A stretch of DNA of 64,000 nucleotides, taken from contig CAVXHK010000001.1 of NCBI GenBank assembly GCA_963761705.1, positions 1,283,140 through 1,347,139 of the forward strand, given 5' to 3'. Source of the stretch: an uncultured Verrucomicrobiae bacterium (GTDB lineage: Bacteria > Verrucomicrobiota > Verrucomicrobiia > Chthoniobacterales > JAATET01). Shown piece by piece: positions 8,677-16,693 of the stretch. A model generated the notes under the pieces. The model did not search any database. It worked only from the letters and a program-made list of their open reading frames with translations, and was not told the DNA's origin. Each line of letters begins with the position of its first letter. Position 1 is the first letter of the stretch. Both the position numbers and the translations under genes were made by a program.

Positions 8677-10176
8677 ATGATTTCCGCCTTTACCAATATT
8701 TTCAAAATTCCGGAACTCCGGCAACGCGTGTTGTTCACGCTCGCAATGATTGTGATCATGCGGGTCGGAGCGGCGATCACGACGCCGGGTGTGAACGCCG
8801 AAGTTCTTCGCGTTTGGTTTCAGAGCGCCGGGGAAAACACGGGAGGCGGCGTCGCTGCTTTGTTCAACCTTTTCAGCGGTGGGGCGCTGCAGGCGGCGGC
8901 AATTTTTTCGTTGGGCATTATGCCCTACATCTCAGCGTCGATCATGATGCAGCTTCTCACGGCGGTGATCCCGCAGCTGGGCAAGCTCTCCCGCGAAGAC
9001 GGCGGGCGTCAAAAAATTACCCAATACACCCGGTACGCGACGCTTGCGCTCTGCGTTTTCCAGGGTTATCTGCTCGCGCTGTCCCTTGAAAACCCGGCGG
9101 CGAACCCATTCCTTCCGGGGATCACGGACACGATCACCAGACTTGGTATTCCTCTGGTCTCCGACCCGGGAATGGGCTTCCGGCTTCTGACCGTGCTGAC
9201 AATGAGTGCGGGAACGATGTTCCTCATGTGGTTGGGCGATCAGATCACGGATCGAGGAATCGGCAATGGCGTGTCGCTCATCATTACGGTCGGCATCCTC
9301 GCGCAGCTCCCGGCTGGCTTGATTCAGGCGTGGCGCACCTTTGTTCCTACCGGCGACGGGGCAGCACAGGTGAGTCCGGTGGTTCTCGTTCTCATGGTGG
9401 CGTTCCTGTTAATCGTCATTGCGGCGGTGATCGCGGTCACGCAGGCACAGCGAAAGATCGCGATTCAATACGCGAAGCGCGTGGTCGGCCGAAAGGTTTA
9501 CGGCGGGCAGACGCAATACATGCCGCTCAAGGTGAATTACGCGGGCGTGATGCCGATCATTTTTGCTCAGGCAATTCTGCTGTTCCCGTCGACAATCGCG
9601 CAGATGGCGTTTCCACAGTCAGATTTGGCACGTTCGATTGCGGACGCGCTGACAGTAGGTTGGCCGCATTACGTCTTCTTCGGCGCGATGATCTTCTTCT
9701 TTTCTTACTTCTGGGTCGCTACGCAATTCCAGCCTTCGCAGATCGCCGACGATTTGAAGAAATACGGCGGATTCATCCCAGGGGTGCGACCGGGCAAGCC
9801 GACAGCCGAGTTCCTCGATTACACGATGACGCGTCTGACGTTTGCAGGTGCTATTTTCCTGACCATCATTGCCGTTCTCCCCCAGCTGCTGAGCCGATGG
9901 CTCCAAGTCCCCTACATGACCGCGCAGTTCTTCGGTGGAACGGGACTGCTCATTATTGTTGGCGTCGTGCTCGACACCATGCGGCAGATCGAAACGCACT
10001 TGCTCCAGCGCCATTACGACGGATTCCTTCGGAAGGGGAAAATTCGTGGATCTCGCGAGACTCGCCGGATGGGCTCAACCAACGTCATTTCCGACAGCTC
10101 GCTGGTTTGGATCTACGTTGCGATCGCAGTCATCGTCCTCGCCGGAATGACGGTGTGGCTCGCTTCCGGACAATAG
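8677..10176 (+). CDS. secY: preprotein translocase subunit SecY (with ~45-aa C-terminal extension containing an extra hydrophobic helix)
   Basis: 499 aa. SecY hallmarks are present (LFSGGALQAAAIFSLGIMPYISASIMMQLL, ten recognisable TM segments). The tail is LVWIYVAIAVIVLAGMTVWLA. Confidence 0.97.
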   Translation: MISAFTNIFKIPELRQRVLFTLAMIVIMRVGAAITTPGVNAEVLRVWFQSAGENTGGGVAALFNLFSGGALQAAAIFSLGIMPYISASIMMQLLTAVIPQLGKLSREDGGRQKITQYTRYATLALCVFQGYLLALSLENPAANPFLPGITDTITRLGIPLVSDPGMGFRLLTVLTMSAGTMFLMWLGDQITDRGIGNGVSLIITVGILAQLPAGLIQAWRTFVPTGDGAAQVSPVVLVLMVAFLLIVIAAVIAVTQAQRKIAIQYAKRVVGRKVYGGQTQYMPLKVNYAGVMPIIFAQAILLFPSTIAQMAFPQSDLARSIADALTVGWPHYVFFGAMIFFFSYFWVATQFQPSQIADDLKKYGGFIPGVRPGKPTAEFLDYTMTRLTFAGAIFLTIIAVLPQLLSRWLQVPYMTAQFFGGTGLLIIVGVVLDTMRQIETHLLQRHYDGFLRKGKIRGSRETRRMGSTNVISDSSLVWIYVAIAVIVLAGMTVWLASGQ

Positions 10177-10186
10177 AACGAGTTTC

Positions 10187-10846
10187 GTGAAAAGCCGGAT
10201 TGTGCTCTTGGGTCCGCCCGCTTCCGGCAAGGGAACGCAAGCGGAACTACTGGCCCGAGCGTGCGGAATCCCCTCGGCTTCGACTGGAGCGATGATGCGG
10301 GAAGAGAGGGCGCGTGAAACGGAACTTGGTCGCGAGATGGAACGATGGACGAAGGAGGGACGCTTGTTTCCCGACGACGTCGCGGTCCGAATCCTGATTA
10401 ACTGGCTGGACGAGGGGCACTGGGGTGCCTTTTTGCTCGATGGGTTTCCACGAACACTTGGTCAGGCAAAGGCCTTCGATGAAGAATTGGATCGGCGTGG
10501 TGGAAAGATCGATCTGGCGATCAACCTCACGTTGAACGACGACGTAATCAGGGATCGTATTCTGAACCGGGTGACTTGTGTGCGCTGTGGGGCAACCTAC
10601 GGAATGACGTTCCATCGTCTGAAGCCTGGCGACCTCTGCGAGGACTGTGGCGCACGGCTGGAGCGGCGGTCGGATGACACGCCGGAGACCCTGGACCAAC
10701 GCCTCCAGGAGCACCGACGGCACACGAATCCGGTGATCGACTACTATCGGAAATGCGAAATTCTCAACGACGTGGACGCTTCGGCGGGACGGGACGCCGT
10801 TTTCGCGGCAATCTCACAGACCCTTGGTTTGGAGGTGACGAAGTGA
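10187..10846 (+). CDS. adk: adenylate kinase (Cys4 zinc-lid type)
   Basis: GTG start. P-loop GPPASGKGTQ. Lid region CVRCG...CEDCG. Confidence 0.95.
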   Translation: MKSRIVLLGPPASGKGTQAELLARACGIPSASTGAMMREERARETELGREMERWTKEGRLFPDDVAVRILINWLDEGHWGAFLLDGFPRTLGQAKAFDEELDRRGGKIDLAINLTLNDDVIRDRILNRVTCVRCGATYGMTFHRLKPGDLCEDCGARLERRSDDTPETLDQRLQEHRRHTNPVIDYYRKCEILNDVDASAGRDAVFAAISQTLGLEVTK

Positions 10847-11610
10847 TTCCTCGAAAATCGGCTTCGGAAATTGAAAAAATGCGTCGCTCCGGGGAGTTGG
10901 CGGCAGAAATTCTGAATCGCGTCGCGGATCAGATCGCGCCGGGCGTCACCACGCAGGAGTTGGACGATTTAGCTGGCCAGCTGATCGCCGAAGCCGGGGC
11001 CAAGAGCGCTTTCAAAGGCTACCGGGGCACGTTTCCGGGTGAGCTCTGCATCTCCGTAAACGATGAAGTTGTTCACGGATACGGGGGACCGCGCAAGATT
11101 GCTTACGGCGATATCGTGACCCTCGACTGTGGAGTGATCTTCAACGGTTACATCGGCGACACGGCGTCGACGATTCCCGTCGGCATCATCGATCCGGCGA
11201 CGGAGAAGTTGCTGCACGTGACGGAGCAAATCCTCATGGAAGCGATTCAGCTGGCGCGCGGCGGCAGGCGCCTGGGCGACATGTGTTCGTTCATCGAGGC
11301 CGAGACAGTGCGGCACGGGTATTCCGTGGTGCGTGAGTTCGTTGGGCACGGTGTCGGGCGGAAATTGCACGAGGACCCGCAGGTTCCCAACTACGGCAAA
11401 CGGGGGACCGGGCCGAAGCTCAAGTCGGGCATGACCCTGGCGGTCGAGCCGATGATCAACCTGGGAGCGGCGGAGGTCGAGGTGCTCGACGATAAGTGGA
11501 CGGTGGTGACCCGCGATGGATCGCCTTCGGCGCACTTCGAGCACACAATTTTAATCACCGATGGAGCACCAGAAGTGTTGACATCAAAACGGAGATCGCT
11601 ATTGAAATAA
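10843..11610 (+). CDS. map: type I methionine aminopeptidase
   Basis: Track ORF 10753..11610 trimmed to GTG 10843, which overlaps the adk stop (GTGA). Motifs: SASEIEKMRRSG, HGYGG, FVGHGVG, EHTILIT. Confidence 0.93.
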   Translation: MIPRKSASEIEKMRRSGELAAEILNRVADQIAPGVTTQELDDLAGQLIAEAGAKSAFKGYRGTFPGELCISVNDEVVHGYGGPRKIAYGDIVTLDCGVIFNGYIGDTASTIPVGIIDPATEKLLHVTEQILMEAIQLARGGRRLGDMCSFIEAETVRHGYSVVREFVGHGVGRKLHEDPQVPNYGKRGTGPKLKSGMTLAVEPMINLGAAEVEVLDDKWTVVTRDGSPSAHFEHTILITDGAPEVLTSKRRSLLK

Positions 11611-11800
11611 GGAATACGGTCGTCGAGGTGTCCCTAGACGATGGTTTTGCGTCTCCGGATGCTGACCGGAGGGACGCCCGACCAAGCTACCGGAGCCAGG
11701 AGAGGATGCCCATCATCCGCATCCTCCCAGACGACTCGTCCGGGCCGCAGCGACGCCGCATGACCCGGCTTCGGCCATCGAAATCATTTCCTAAATCCGC
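11580..11800 (+). pseudogene. infA: decayed translation initiation factor IF-1 (infA) relic
   Basis: The slot between map and rpmJ normally holds infA. Frame 0 reads IKTEIAIEIRNTVVEV...ERMPIIRILPDD, which resembles IF-1 (AKEDxIEMEGTVVE...KMRxxyIRILPGD). There is no start codon. The centre and C-terminus are recoverable only weakly in other frames (TPHDP vs SPYDL). Confidence 0.45.
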
Positions 11801-11806
11801 AAAACC

Positions 11807-11920
11807 ATGAAAGTCCGAGCCTCCGTCAAGCGCCTCTGTGAGAGCTGCAAGATCGTCAAGCGGCAGAATGTCGTCCGCGTCATCTGCAAGAATCCCCGTC
11901 ACAAACAAAAACAGGGCTAG
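11807..11920 (+). CDS. rpmJ: 50S ribosomal protein L36 (zinc-binding C3H form)
   Basis: 37 aa, [37 protein letters not shown]. Too short to appear in the ORF track. Confidence 0.93.
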   Translation: MKVRASVKRLCESCKIVKRQNVVRVICKNPRHKQKQG

Positions 11921-11995
11921 AAAACTTTCGATCCTCGCTGTTTTCGAGTGGTCGAATTCTCCCTCTGATTCCTTCAACCTTACCCTTTAAACATT

Positions 11996-12391
11996 ATGCC
12001 ACGCCTACTCGGAGTCGACATTCCTGGAAACAAACGCATCGAAGCTTCCCTTCCCTACATTTACGGGATCGGGCCGAAGACCGCCAAAAAGCTGCTCGAG
12101 CAGTCGGACATCGATCCGAACCTTCGGGCTAAGGACATGACGCCCGAGCAGATCGGCACGTTGATCCACGCGATCAGCGAGAGTCGCGTTGTCATCGAAG
12201 GAGATCTCCGCCGCGAAATTCAGGGAAATCTGAAACGGCTTCAGGCGATCAACTGCTATCGCGGGATCCGCCATCGCAGGGGGCTTCCCGTCCGCGGTCA
12301 GCGCACCCAAACGAACGCGCGCAGTCGCAAGGGGCCGCGTCGCACGGTTGGCGTTCAGCGCAACCCGAATGCCAAGACCGGCAAAGTTTAA
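11996..12391 (+). CDS. rpsM: 30S ribosomal protein S13
   Basis: 131 aa; [26 protein letters not shown]. Confidence 0.97.
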   Translation: MPRLLGVDIPGNKRIEASLPYIYGIGPKTAKKLLEQSDIDPNLRAKDMTPEQIGTLIHAISESRVVIEGDLRREIQGNLKRLQAINCYRGIRHRRGLPVRGQRTQTNARSRKGPRRTVGVQRNPNAKTGKV

Positions 12392-12424
12392 TCCCCAGAT
12401 TTTTAGATCCAGACGAGAACGACC

Positions 12425-13207
12425 ATGGCCGACGAAGAAAACACACCGAACGAAGAAACTCCCGAGAACGAGGTTAAGGCTGAGGCCAACCCGGAAACGG
12501 CTCCCGAAGCGAGCGAAACACCAGCTGCCTCGGAAGAGGAAGCAGTGACCGCCACACCAGCCGACGAGGCAGGGTCCTCCGTCGAAGCGAAGAACGAAGA
12601 AGCGCCGAAGGCGGAAGCTGCTCCGGAGGTCGAGGAAGCGCCAAAGGCCGAAGAGACGAAAATTGAAGACCCGAAGGCTGATGTTCCGAAAGCGGACGAA
12701 GTTAAGACCGATGAAGCCGCTGCGCCGAAGGCAAAGGCACCCAAGAAGTCGAAGAAAAAAGAGGCCGAGGCAACGACGTCCGCCCAGCCCTCTGCGGTCA
12801 GCATCTCGCTGGACGACAACATCGAACCAATCAAGGTCGTCAAAGCCAAGGGGAGCAAAAACGTCCACACGGGTATTGCTCACGTTCAGGCGAGCTTCAA
12901 CAACACGATCGTCACCATCACCGACCTCACCGGAGCGGTGCTTGGTTGGTCCAGCGCAGGCAAGTGCGGCTTCAAGGGCTCTCGCAAGAGCACGGCTTAC
13001 GCCGCGCAGATGGTCGCGCAGGATGCCTGCCGCCAGGCCATGGGCCACGGAGTAAAAGAGGTCGAAGTGCGCGTCAAGGGACCGGGTTCCGGGCGTGAAT
13101 CCTCGGTCCGTGCGATGCAGGCCATCGGATTGGACATCAGCACGATCAAAGACGTGACTCCAGTGCCGCACAATGGTTGCCGCCCGCCGAAACAGCGCCG
13201 CGTCTGA
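12425..13207 (+). CDS. rpsK: 30S ribosomal protein S11 with ~140-aa acidic/Ala/Pro/Lys-rich N-terminal extension
   Basis: 260 aa. The C-terminal ~120 aa are canonical S11 ([18 protein letters not shown]...[13 protein letters not shown]). No in-frame ATG/GTG/TTG lies close to the conserved core; the nearest in-frame start downstream of ATG 12425 is a GTG near 12545. Confidence 0.9.
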   Translation: MADEENTPNEETPENEVKAEANPETAPEASETPAASEEEAVTATPADEAGSSVEAKNEEAPKAEAAPEVEEAPKAEETKIEDPKADVPKADEVKTDEAAAPKAKAPKKSKKKEAEATTSAQPSAVSISLDDNIEPIKVVKAKGSKNVHTGIAHVQASFNNTIVTITDLTGAVLGWSSAGKCGFKGSRKSTAYAAQMVAQDACRQAMGHGVKEVEVRVKGPGSGRESSVRAMQAIGLDISTIKDVTPVPHNGCRPPKQRRV

Positions 13208-13241
13208 TCGAACGAAACGGAACTCAACCATTTAAAATCTC

Positions 13242-13853
13242 ATGGCTCGTTACACAGGACCCAAAACCAAAGTCAGCCGCCGCTTCAACGTCATGTTGGG
13301 CGGCTCGGGCAAGGCTTTCGAACGCAAAAATTACCGCCCAGGCATGCATGGACCGAAGGGTTCACGCCGCAAGGTTTCCGACTACGCCCTCGCGTTGGCT
13401 GAGAAGCAGAAGCTTCGTTTTCAATACGGAGTGCTGGAAAAGCAGTTCCGCCGCTATTTTCACATTGCGCTGAACAAGCGGGGTGTCACGGGAGAGACGT
13501 TGCTCCAGCTGCTCGAGACTCGCGTCGACAACGTCGTTTTCCGCATGGGCTTCGCGAAAACGAGGGCCGCTGCTCGACAGATGGTTTCGCACGGCCACGT
13601 TCAGATCAATGGTCGGAAGCACGACGTTTCGTCGGCGAATTTGCGGCCTGGTGATAAGGTTCTCATCAAGGACGTGCAGGGTTCGCGCCGCCTGGCTCAG
13701 CGGAGCATGGACCAGACGGCGGTCGTGCCAGTCCCAGATTGGGTGATGGTCGATAAGGACAATTTTTCCGGAGAAGTCGTGCGCATCCCGACGAGGGACG
13801 AAATCAACCCGATTGCGAACGAGCAGTTGGTGGTCGAGCTCTACTCGCGATAA
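13242..13853 (+). CDS. rpsD: 30S ribosomal protein S4
   Basis: 203 aa; MARYTGPKTKVSRRF... with an S4 domain. Confidence 0.97.
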   Translation: MARYTGPKTKVSRRFNVMLGGSGKAFERKNYRPGMHGPKGSRRKVSDYALALAEKQKLRFQYGVLEKQFRRYFHIALNKRGVTGETLLQLLETRVDNVVFRMGFAKTRAAARQMVSHGHVQINGRKHDVSSANLRPGDKVLIKDVQGSRRLAQRSMDQTAVVPVPDWVMVDKDNFSGEVVRIPTRDEINPIANEQLVVELYSR

Positions 13854-13905
13854 TTTCCCCGACACTCAGGTTGCGCGGGTCAGTTTGACTGCGCGGCCCC
13901 GAAGA

Positions 13906-13940
13906 GGCGTTCACCGGTTGTATTGGTGAGCGCCTTTTTT
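13906..13940 (+). terminator. rho-independent terminator after rpsD
   Basis: 10-bp stem GGCGTTCACC/GGTGAGCGCC (one G-U pair), 9-nt loop, followed by TTTTTT. Confidence 0.7.
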
Positions 13941-14316
13941 GCGGGAGCGTTCGGGGGGGCGATGTGACAAATTGTGCGATGGAACATCGCTCGATGCTCG
14001 GGAGATGATGGAGACAAGCACCCGCGGGGTGTCAGCCTTGCCCTCGATGGGGGGCGCCGCGCGCTTGTCGGAAGGGCACAATTCGAGACGTTTCCCGACG
14101 ATCGATCCCACTTTTTGGTGGGCGCTGTGCTGGTCCCGCGAGAGGGGAGGCGACGATGCTTCACGCTGGAGTCAATTTCCGTCGCCTTCTCGCAATGCCA
14201 GATTTCCATCGATTTCTGGAATCGTGCGAGAGGCCGCGAGTGCGACTTGATCTCAGAACAAGCTTCCAAAGCGCCAAGGTGCGCGCGCGAAAAATGGCAG
14301 CACTGCCATTTGAATT

Positions 14317-14378
14317 TGGGTCGGCGGTTGGAAATCGCCGTTCTTTGAGTTGTCCGTTCCCGCAGCGGCTTTGCGGAC
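14317..14378 (+). repeat. copy C of a dispersed ~50-nt element (degenerate -12 box), preceded by a perfect palindrome at 14292..14311
   Basis: TGGGTCGGCGGTTGGAAATCGCCG...TTTGAG...CTTTGCGGACG aligns with copies at 15799 and 20036. The hairpin CGGCGGTT-GGA-AATCGCCG is conserved. Confidence 0.45.
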
Positions 14379-14401
14379 GTCCACTGAGCGCTGGGAGAGA
14401 G

Positions 14402-14599
14402 CTATCGGGCAGCTTTTGCCGGGCGGTGGCGAGACTTGAAGACCGTGACCGCGGTGAGGGTCAGGGCAATGAGGGCGGCGGCGGGCGCGAGGTGGAGGAG
14501 CGAGTGGGTCGTCGTGTCGACTGCCTCCGGGTGGCCGCCGTGGGCGAAGGCGACGATGGGGAGTGCGAAAATCGAAAGAGTGGTGAGAATAGTTTTCAT
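14402..14599 (-). CDS. small His-rich secreted/membrane-anchored protein
   Basis: 65 aa, taken from the 3' end of an otherwise spurious 927-aa track ORF. Signal peptide MKTILTTLSIFALPIVAFA, then HGGHPE..THSLLH, then a C-terminal TM helix. Confidence 0.5.
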   Translation of the reverse strand: MKTILTTLSIFALPIVAFAHGGHPEAVDTTTHSLLHLAPAAALIALTLTAVTVFKSRHRPAKAAR

Positions 14600-14894
14600 C
14601 GGCAGCGGCGCTGAGAACTTGAACGTGGTGGGATGGATTCGCAATTGGAAACTGAACGGGACCAGGTCCGACTGAGGATTTTGCTGCCGCGATTGATTTC
14701 GTCTTCGAGGCGATCGATGAGGTCGGTGACGTCGCGGTCTCCGTTTTTCATGAGCTCGATCTGGATGATGAGCACCTCGGCGGTAGTGAGGAGGGTGCGT
14801 GTTCGAGCGACTCGGCGGTGTCTGGGTAGGATTGGTCGCTGGCCCGTCGGCGGAGTTCCTCGTTCCTAACAAGGGTGGGCAGGGGACTGGCCGT

Positions 14895-15746
14895 CTACCT
14901 TTGGATCTTGGCTTCGATTTGGCCGTGGGGGTCGTCGGCGGGGAGGAAGGTGAGGTTGGGGTTCTCGAAGCCGAGCGGTGCCAGGTTGGCAGTGAAGTAG
15001 TGCTTGTTGGGCATGCTGAGGTCGATTTCGGCGATCGCGGGGGCGGCAGCGAGGGCGGCTTCGCCCATCTCGAAGAGGGTGCGCTGCACGGAGGGGCTAA
15101 AGTTTTTGGTGAAAATGGCGAGGAGGGTTTCGCGGACTTGGGCGTTGGTGGCACGGAAGTCGCCTTCCGGCTTTTCCCACTTCCACGTGGCGGCCAGTTC
15201 GGTGGAGAGGATGCGGTCGGCGGCGTCTGGAAGGGTGGTGAATTCGGTGTGGTCGAAGCCGGTGAAGGCGGAGTTGGTCGCGTTAAGAATGACGAGTCCG
15301 CGGACCCCGGAGTGGAGGGTGAAGCCGTCGCGGGTGGCGAGGAGGCGGGTGAACGGTTGGCCGCCCGCGGCGGCTTGGAAGCTGTGGGGGGCGGGTTCGC
15401 CGTCGACGGTGAGGCGCTGCCAGGTGAACTCGCGGAGCTCGACGTGGACGCGGTCGACGTGGGGGTGGGTGTCGAGGAAATGGTGGCCGAGGATGAGGGC
15501 GAAGTCTTCGATGCAGGGTCCAAGGTGCTGGTGGGCGAGGGCGATGATGGTGTTTTTACACGTGTCGGTGGCGACGATCTGGGAGTTGTCGTTGCCGAGG
15601 TAGGAGCGTTCGAACGCGCCTTCGAGGAGGACGTCGGCGTTGATTTCGACGACGGATTGGGTGTCGCCGTCGACGTGTTTGCGAAGGACGCGGACGCATT
15701 GCTTGCCGTAACGATTGGTACCGAGTGTTGCCATGGGGTGGAGCAT
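14895..15746 (-). CDS. uox: urate oxidase (cofactor-independent uricase)
   Basis: 283 aa. Contains YGKQCVRVLRK, a TDTCKNT-like T-fold repeat and the SMPNKHY motif. Alternative ATG at 15734. Confidence 0.88.
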   Translation of the reverse strand: MLHPMATLGTNRYGKQCVRVLRKHVDGDTQSVVEINADVLLEGAFERSYLGNDNSQIVATDTCKNTIIALAHQHLGPCIEDFALILGHHFLDTHPHVDRVHVELREFTWQRLTVDGEPAPHSFQAAAGGQPFTRLLATRDGFTLHSGVRGLVILNATNSAFTGFDHTEFTTLPDAADRILSTELAATWKWEKPEGDFRATNAQVRETLLAIFTKNFSPSVQRTLFEMGEAALAAAPAIAEIDLSMPNKHYFTANLAPLGFENPNLTFLPADDPHGQIEAKIQR

Positions 15747-15798
15747 AGCGTGGATCGCGGGGGGTTTTCGAAGAAAGATTTGACGCTCCGATTCCCCG

Positions 15799-15847
15799 CT
15801 GGTTCGGCGATTGCAAATTGTCGCTCCTTGAGGTGCCCTTGCGGACG
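15799..15847 (+). promoter_or_regulatory. copy A of the dispersed element: sigma-54-like -24/-12 motif plus hairpin, immediately upstream of uraD
   Basis: CTGGTTCGGCGATTGCAAAT has GG-N10-GC spacing and matches TGGCACG-N4-TTGCW at 10 of 12 positions. Hairpin at 15805..15823. The element ends at the uraD ATG. Confidence 0.45.
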
Positions 15848-16318
15848 ATGGAAAGAGGAGATCTGGATGGGGTGTGGGAGCACTCGCCTTGGGTGGTGGA
15901 TCGGGCCTGGATGGGGCGGCCCTTTGCGGATCGGGAGGAGTTGATTGCGGCCATGGAGGGGGTGGTTGATGCGGCGTCGGGGGACGAGCGGCTGGCGCTC
16001 ATCTGCGCGCACCCGGACCTGGCCGGGAAGCTGGCGGCGGCGGGGCGGTTGACGGCGGAGTCGACGGGGGAGCAGGCGGGGGCGGGGCTGGATGCATTGA
16101 CGGATGAGGAGCGGGTGGCTTTCGGGGAGCGGAACGAGGCTTACCGGGAGCGGTTTGGGTTCCCATTTATCATCTGTGCGCGGGAGCACGGTAAAGGGGG
16201 GATCCTGGCCGAGTTTGACCGGCGGTTGGGGAATGGGCTTGAGGAGGAAAGGCGGGTGGCCATTTCGGAGATCAAGAAAATCGCGCGGTTGCGGGTCCTC
16301 GATCGGATCGCGGGATGA
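15848..16318 (+). CDS. uraD: 2-oxo-4-hydroxy-4-carboxy-5-ureidoimidazoline (OHCU) decarboxylase
   Basis: Track ORF (TTG 15818) trimmed to ATG 15848. Contains EHSPWVV, AHPDLAG, ESTGEQAGAGL and FPFIICAR motifs. Confidence 0.88.
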   Translation: MERGDLDGVWEHSPWVVDRAWMGRPFADREELIAAMEGVVDAASGDERLALICAHPDLAGKLAAAGRLTAESTGEQAGAGLDALTDEERVAFGERNEAYRERFGFPFIICAREHGKGGILAEFDRRLGNGLEEERRVAISEIKKIARLRVLDRIAG

Positions 16319-16363
16319 TTTTTTCTCGCCCGGAAGCGCTGAGGTGCTGAGGGTCGGAGAATC

Positions 16364-16693
16364 ATGGCTGGGAAGTTGACGACACACGTGTTGGATCTGG
16401 TGAAAGGTCGGCCGGCCGCGCGGATGCGGATCGAGCTGGTCGACGACATGGGCGGACTGCTCAAGGACGTCGTAACGAACGACGATGGGCGCACGGTGGA
16501 GCCGATGCTTTCGGCGGCGGAACTGCGGGAGGGGACGTTCGAGCTGAGGTTTCACGTGGGGGACTATTTTGGGGATGCGGAGGGATTTCTCGACGTGGTG
16601 CCGATCCGGTTTCGGATCGCGGAGTCTGGGGGGGCTTTTCACGTGCCGCTGCTTTGCACGCCGTGGAGTTATTCGACTTACCGGGGGTCTTGA
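16364..16693 (+). CDS. uraH: 5-hydroxyisourate hydrolase (transthyretin-like)
   Basis: 109 aa; LTTHVLD...[17 protein letters not shown], with the C-terminal YRGS signature. Confidence 0.92.
   Translation: MAGKLTTHVLDLVKGRPAARMRIELVDDMGGLLKDVVTNDDGRTVEPMLSAAELREGTFELRFHVGDYFGDAEGFLDVVPIRFRIAESGGAFHVPLLCTPWSYSTYRGS

Noticed and set aside
12470-12760. Possible tandem DNA repeat/VNTR underlying the EAPKAE-type motifs in the S11 extension
   Set aside because: The repeats are imperfect at the nucleotide level and of irregular length. This is low-complexity coding sequence rather than a true tandem repeat array.
13880-14348. Track ORFs of 103-129 aa in the post-rpsD spacer (both strands), considered as rpoA remnants or small genes
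   Set aside because: No resemblance to the RpoA N-terminal domain in any frame. The sequences are Arg/Ser/Cys/Trp-rich and overlap each other. Treated as non-coding.
14596-14751. 51-codon minus-strand ORF (MKNGDRDVTDLIDRLEDEINRGSKIL...) whose stop overlaps the ATG of the His-rich small protein (ATGA)
   Set aside because: The C-terminal half is Ser/Arg-rich and wrong-frame-like. I recognise no family for it, and such overlaps arise by chance in GC-rich DNA. Worth a look only if RNA-seq or ribosome-profiling data exist.
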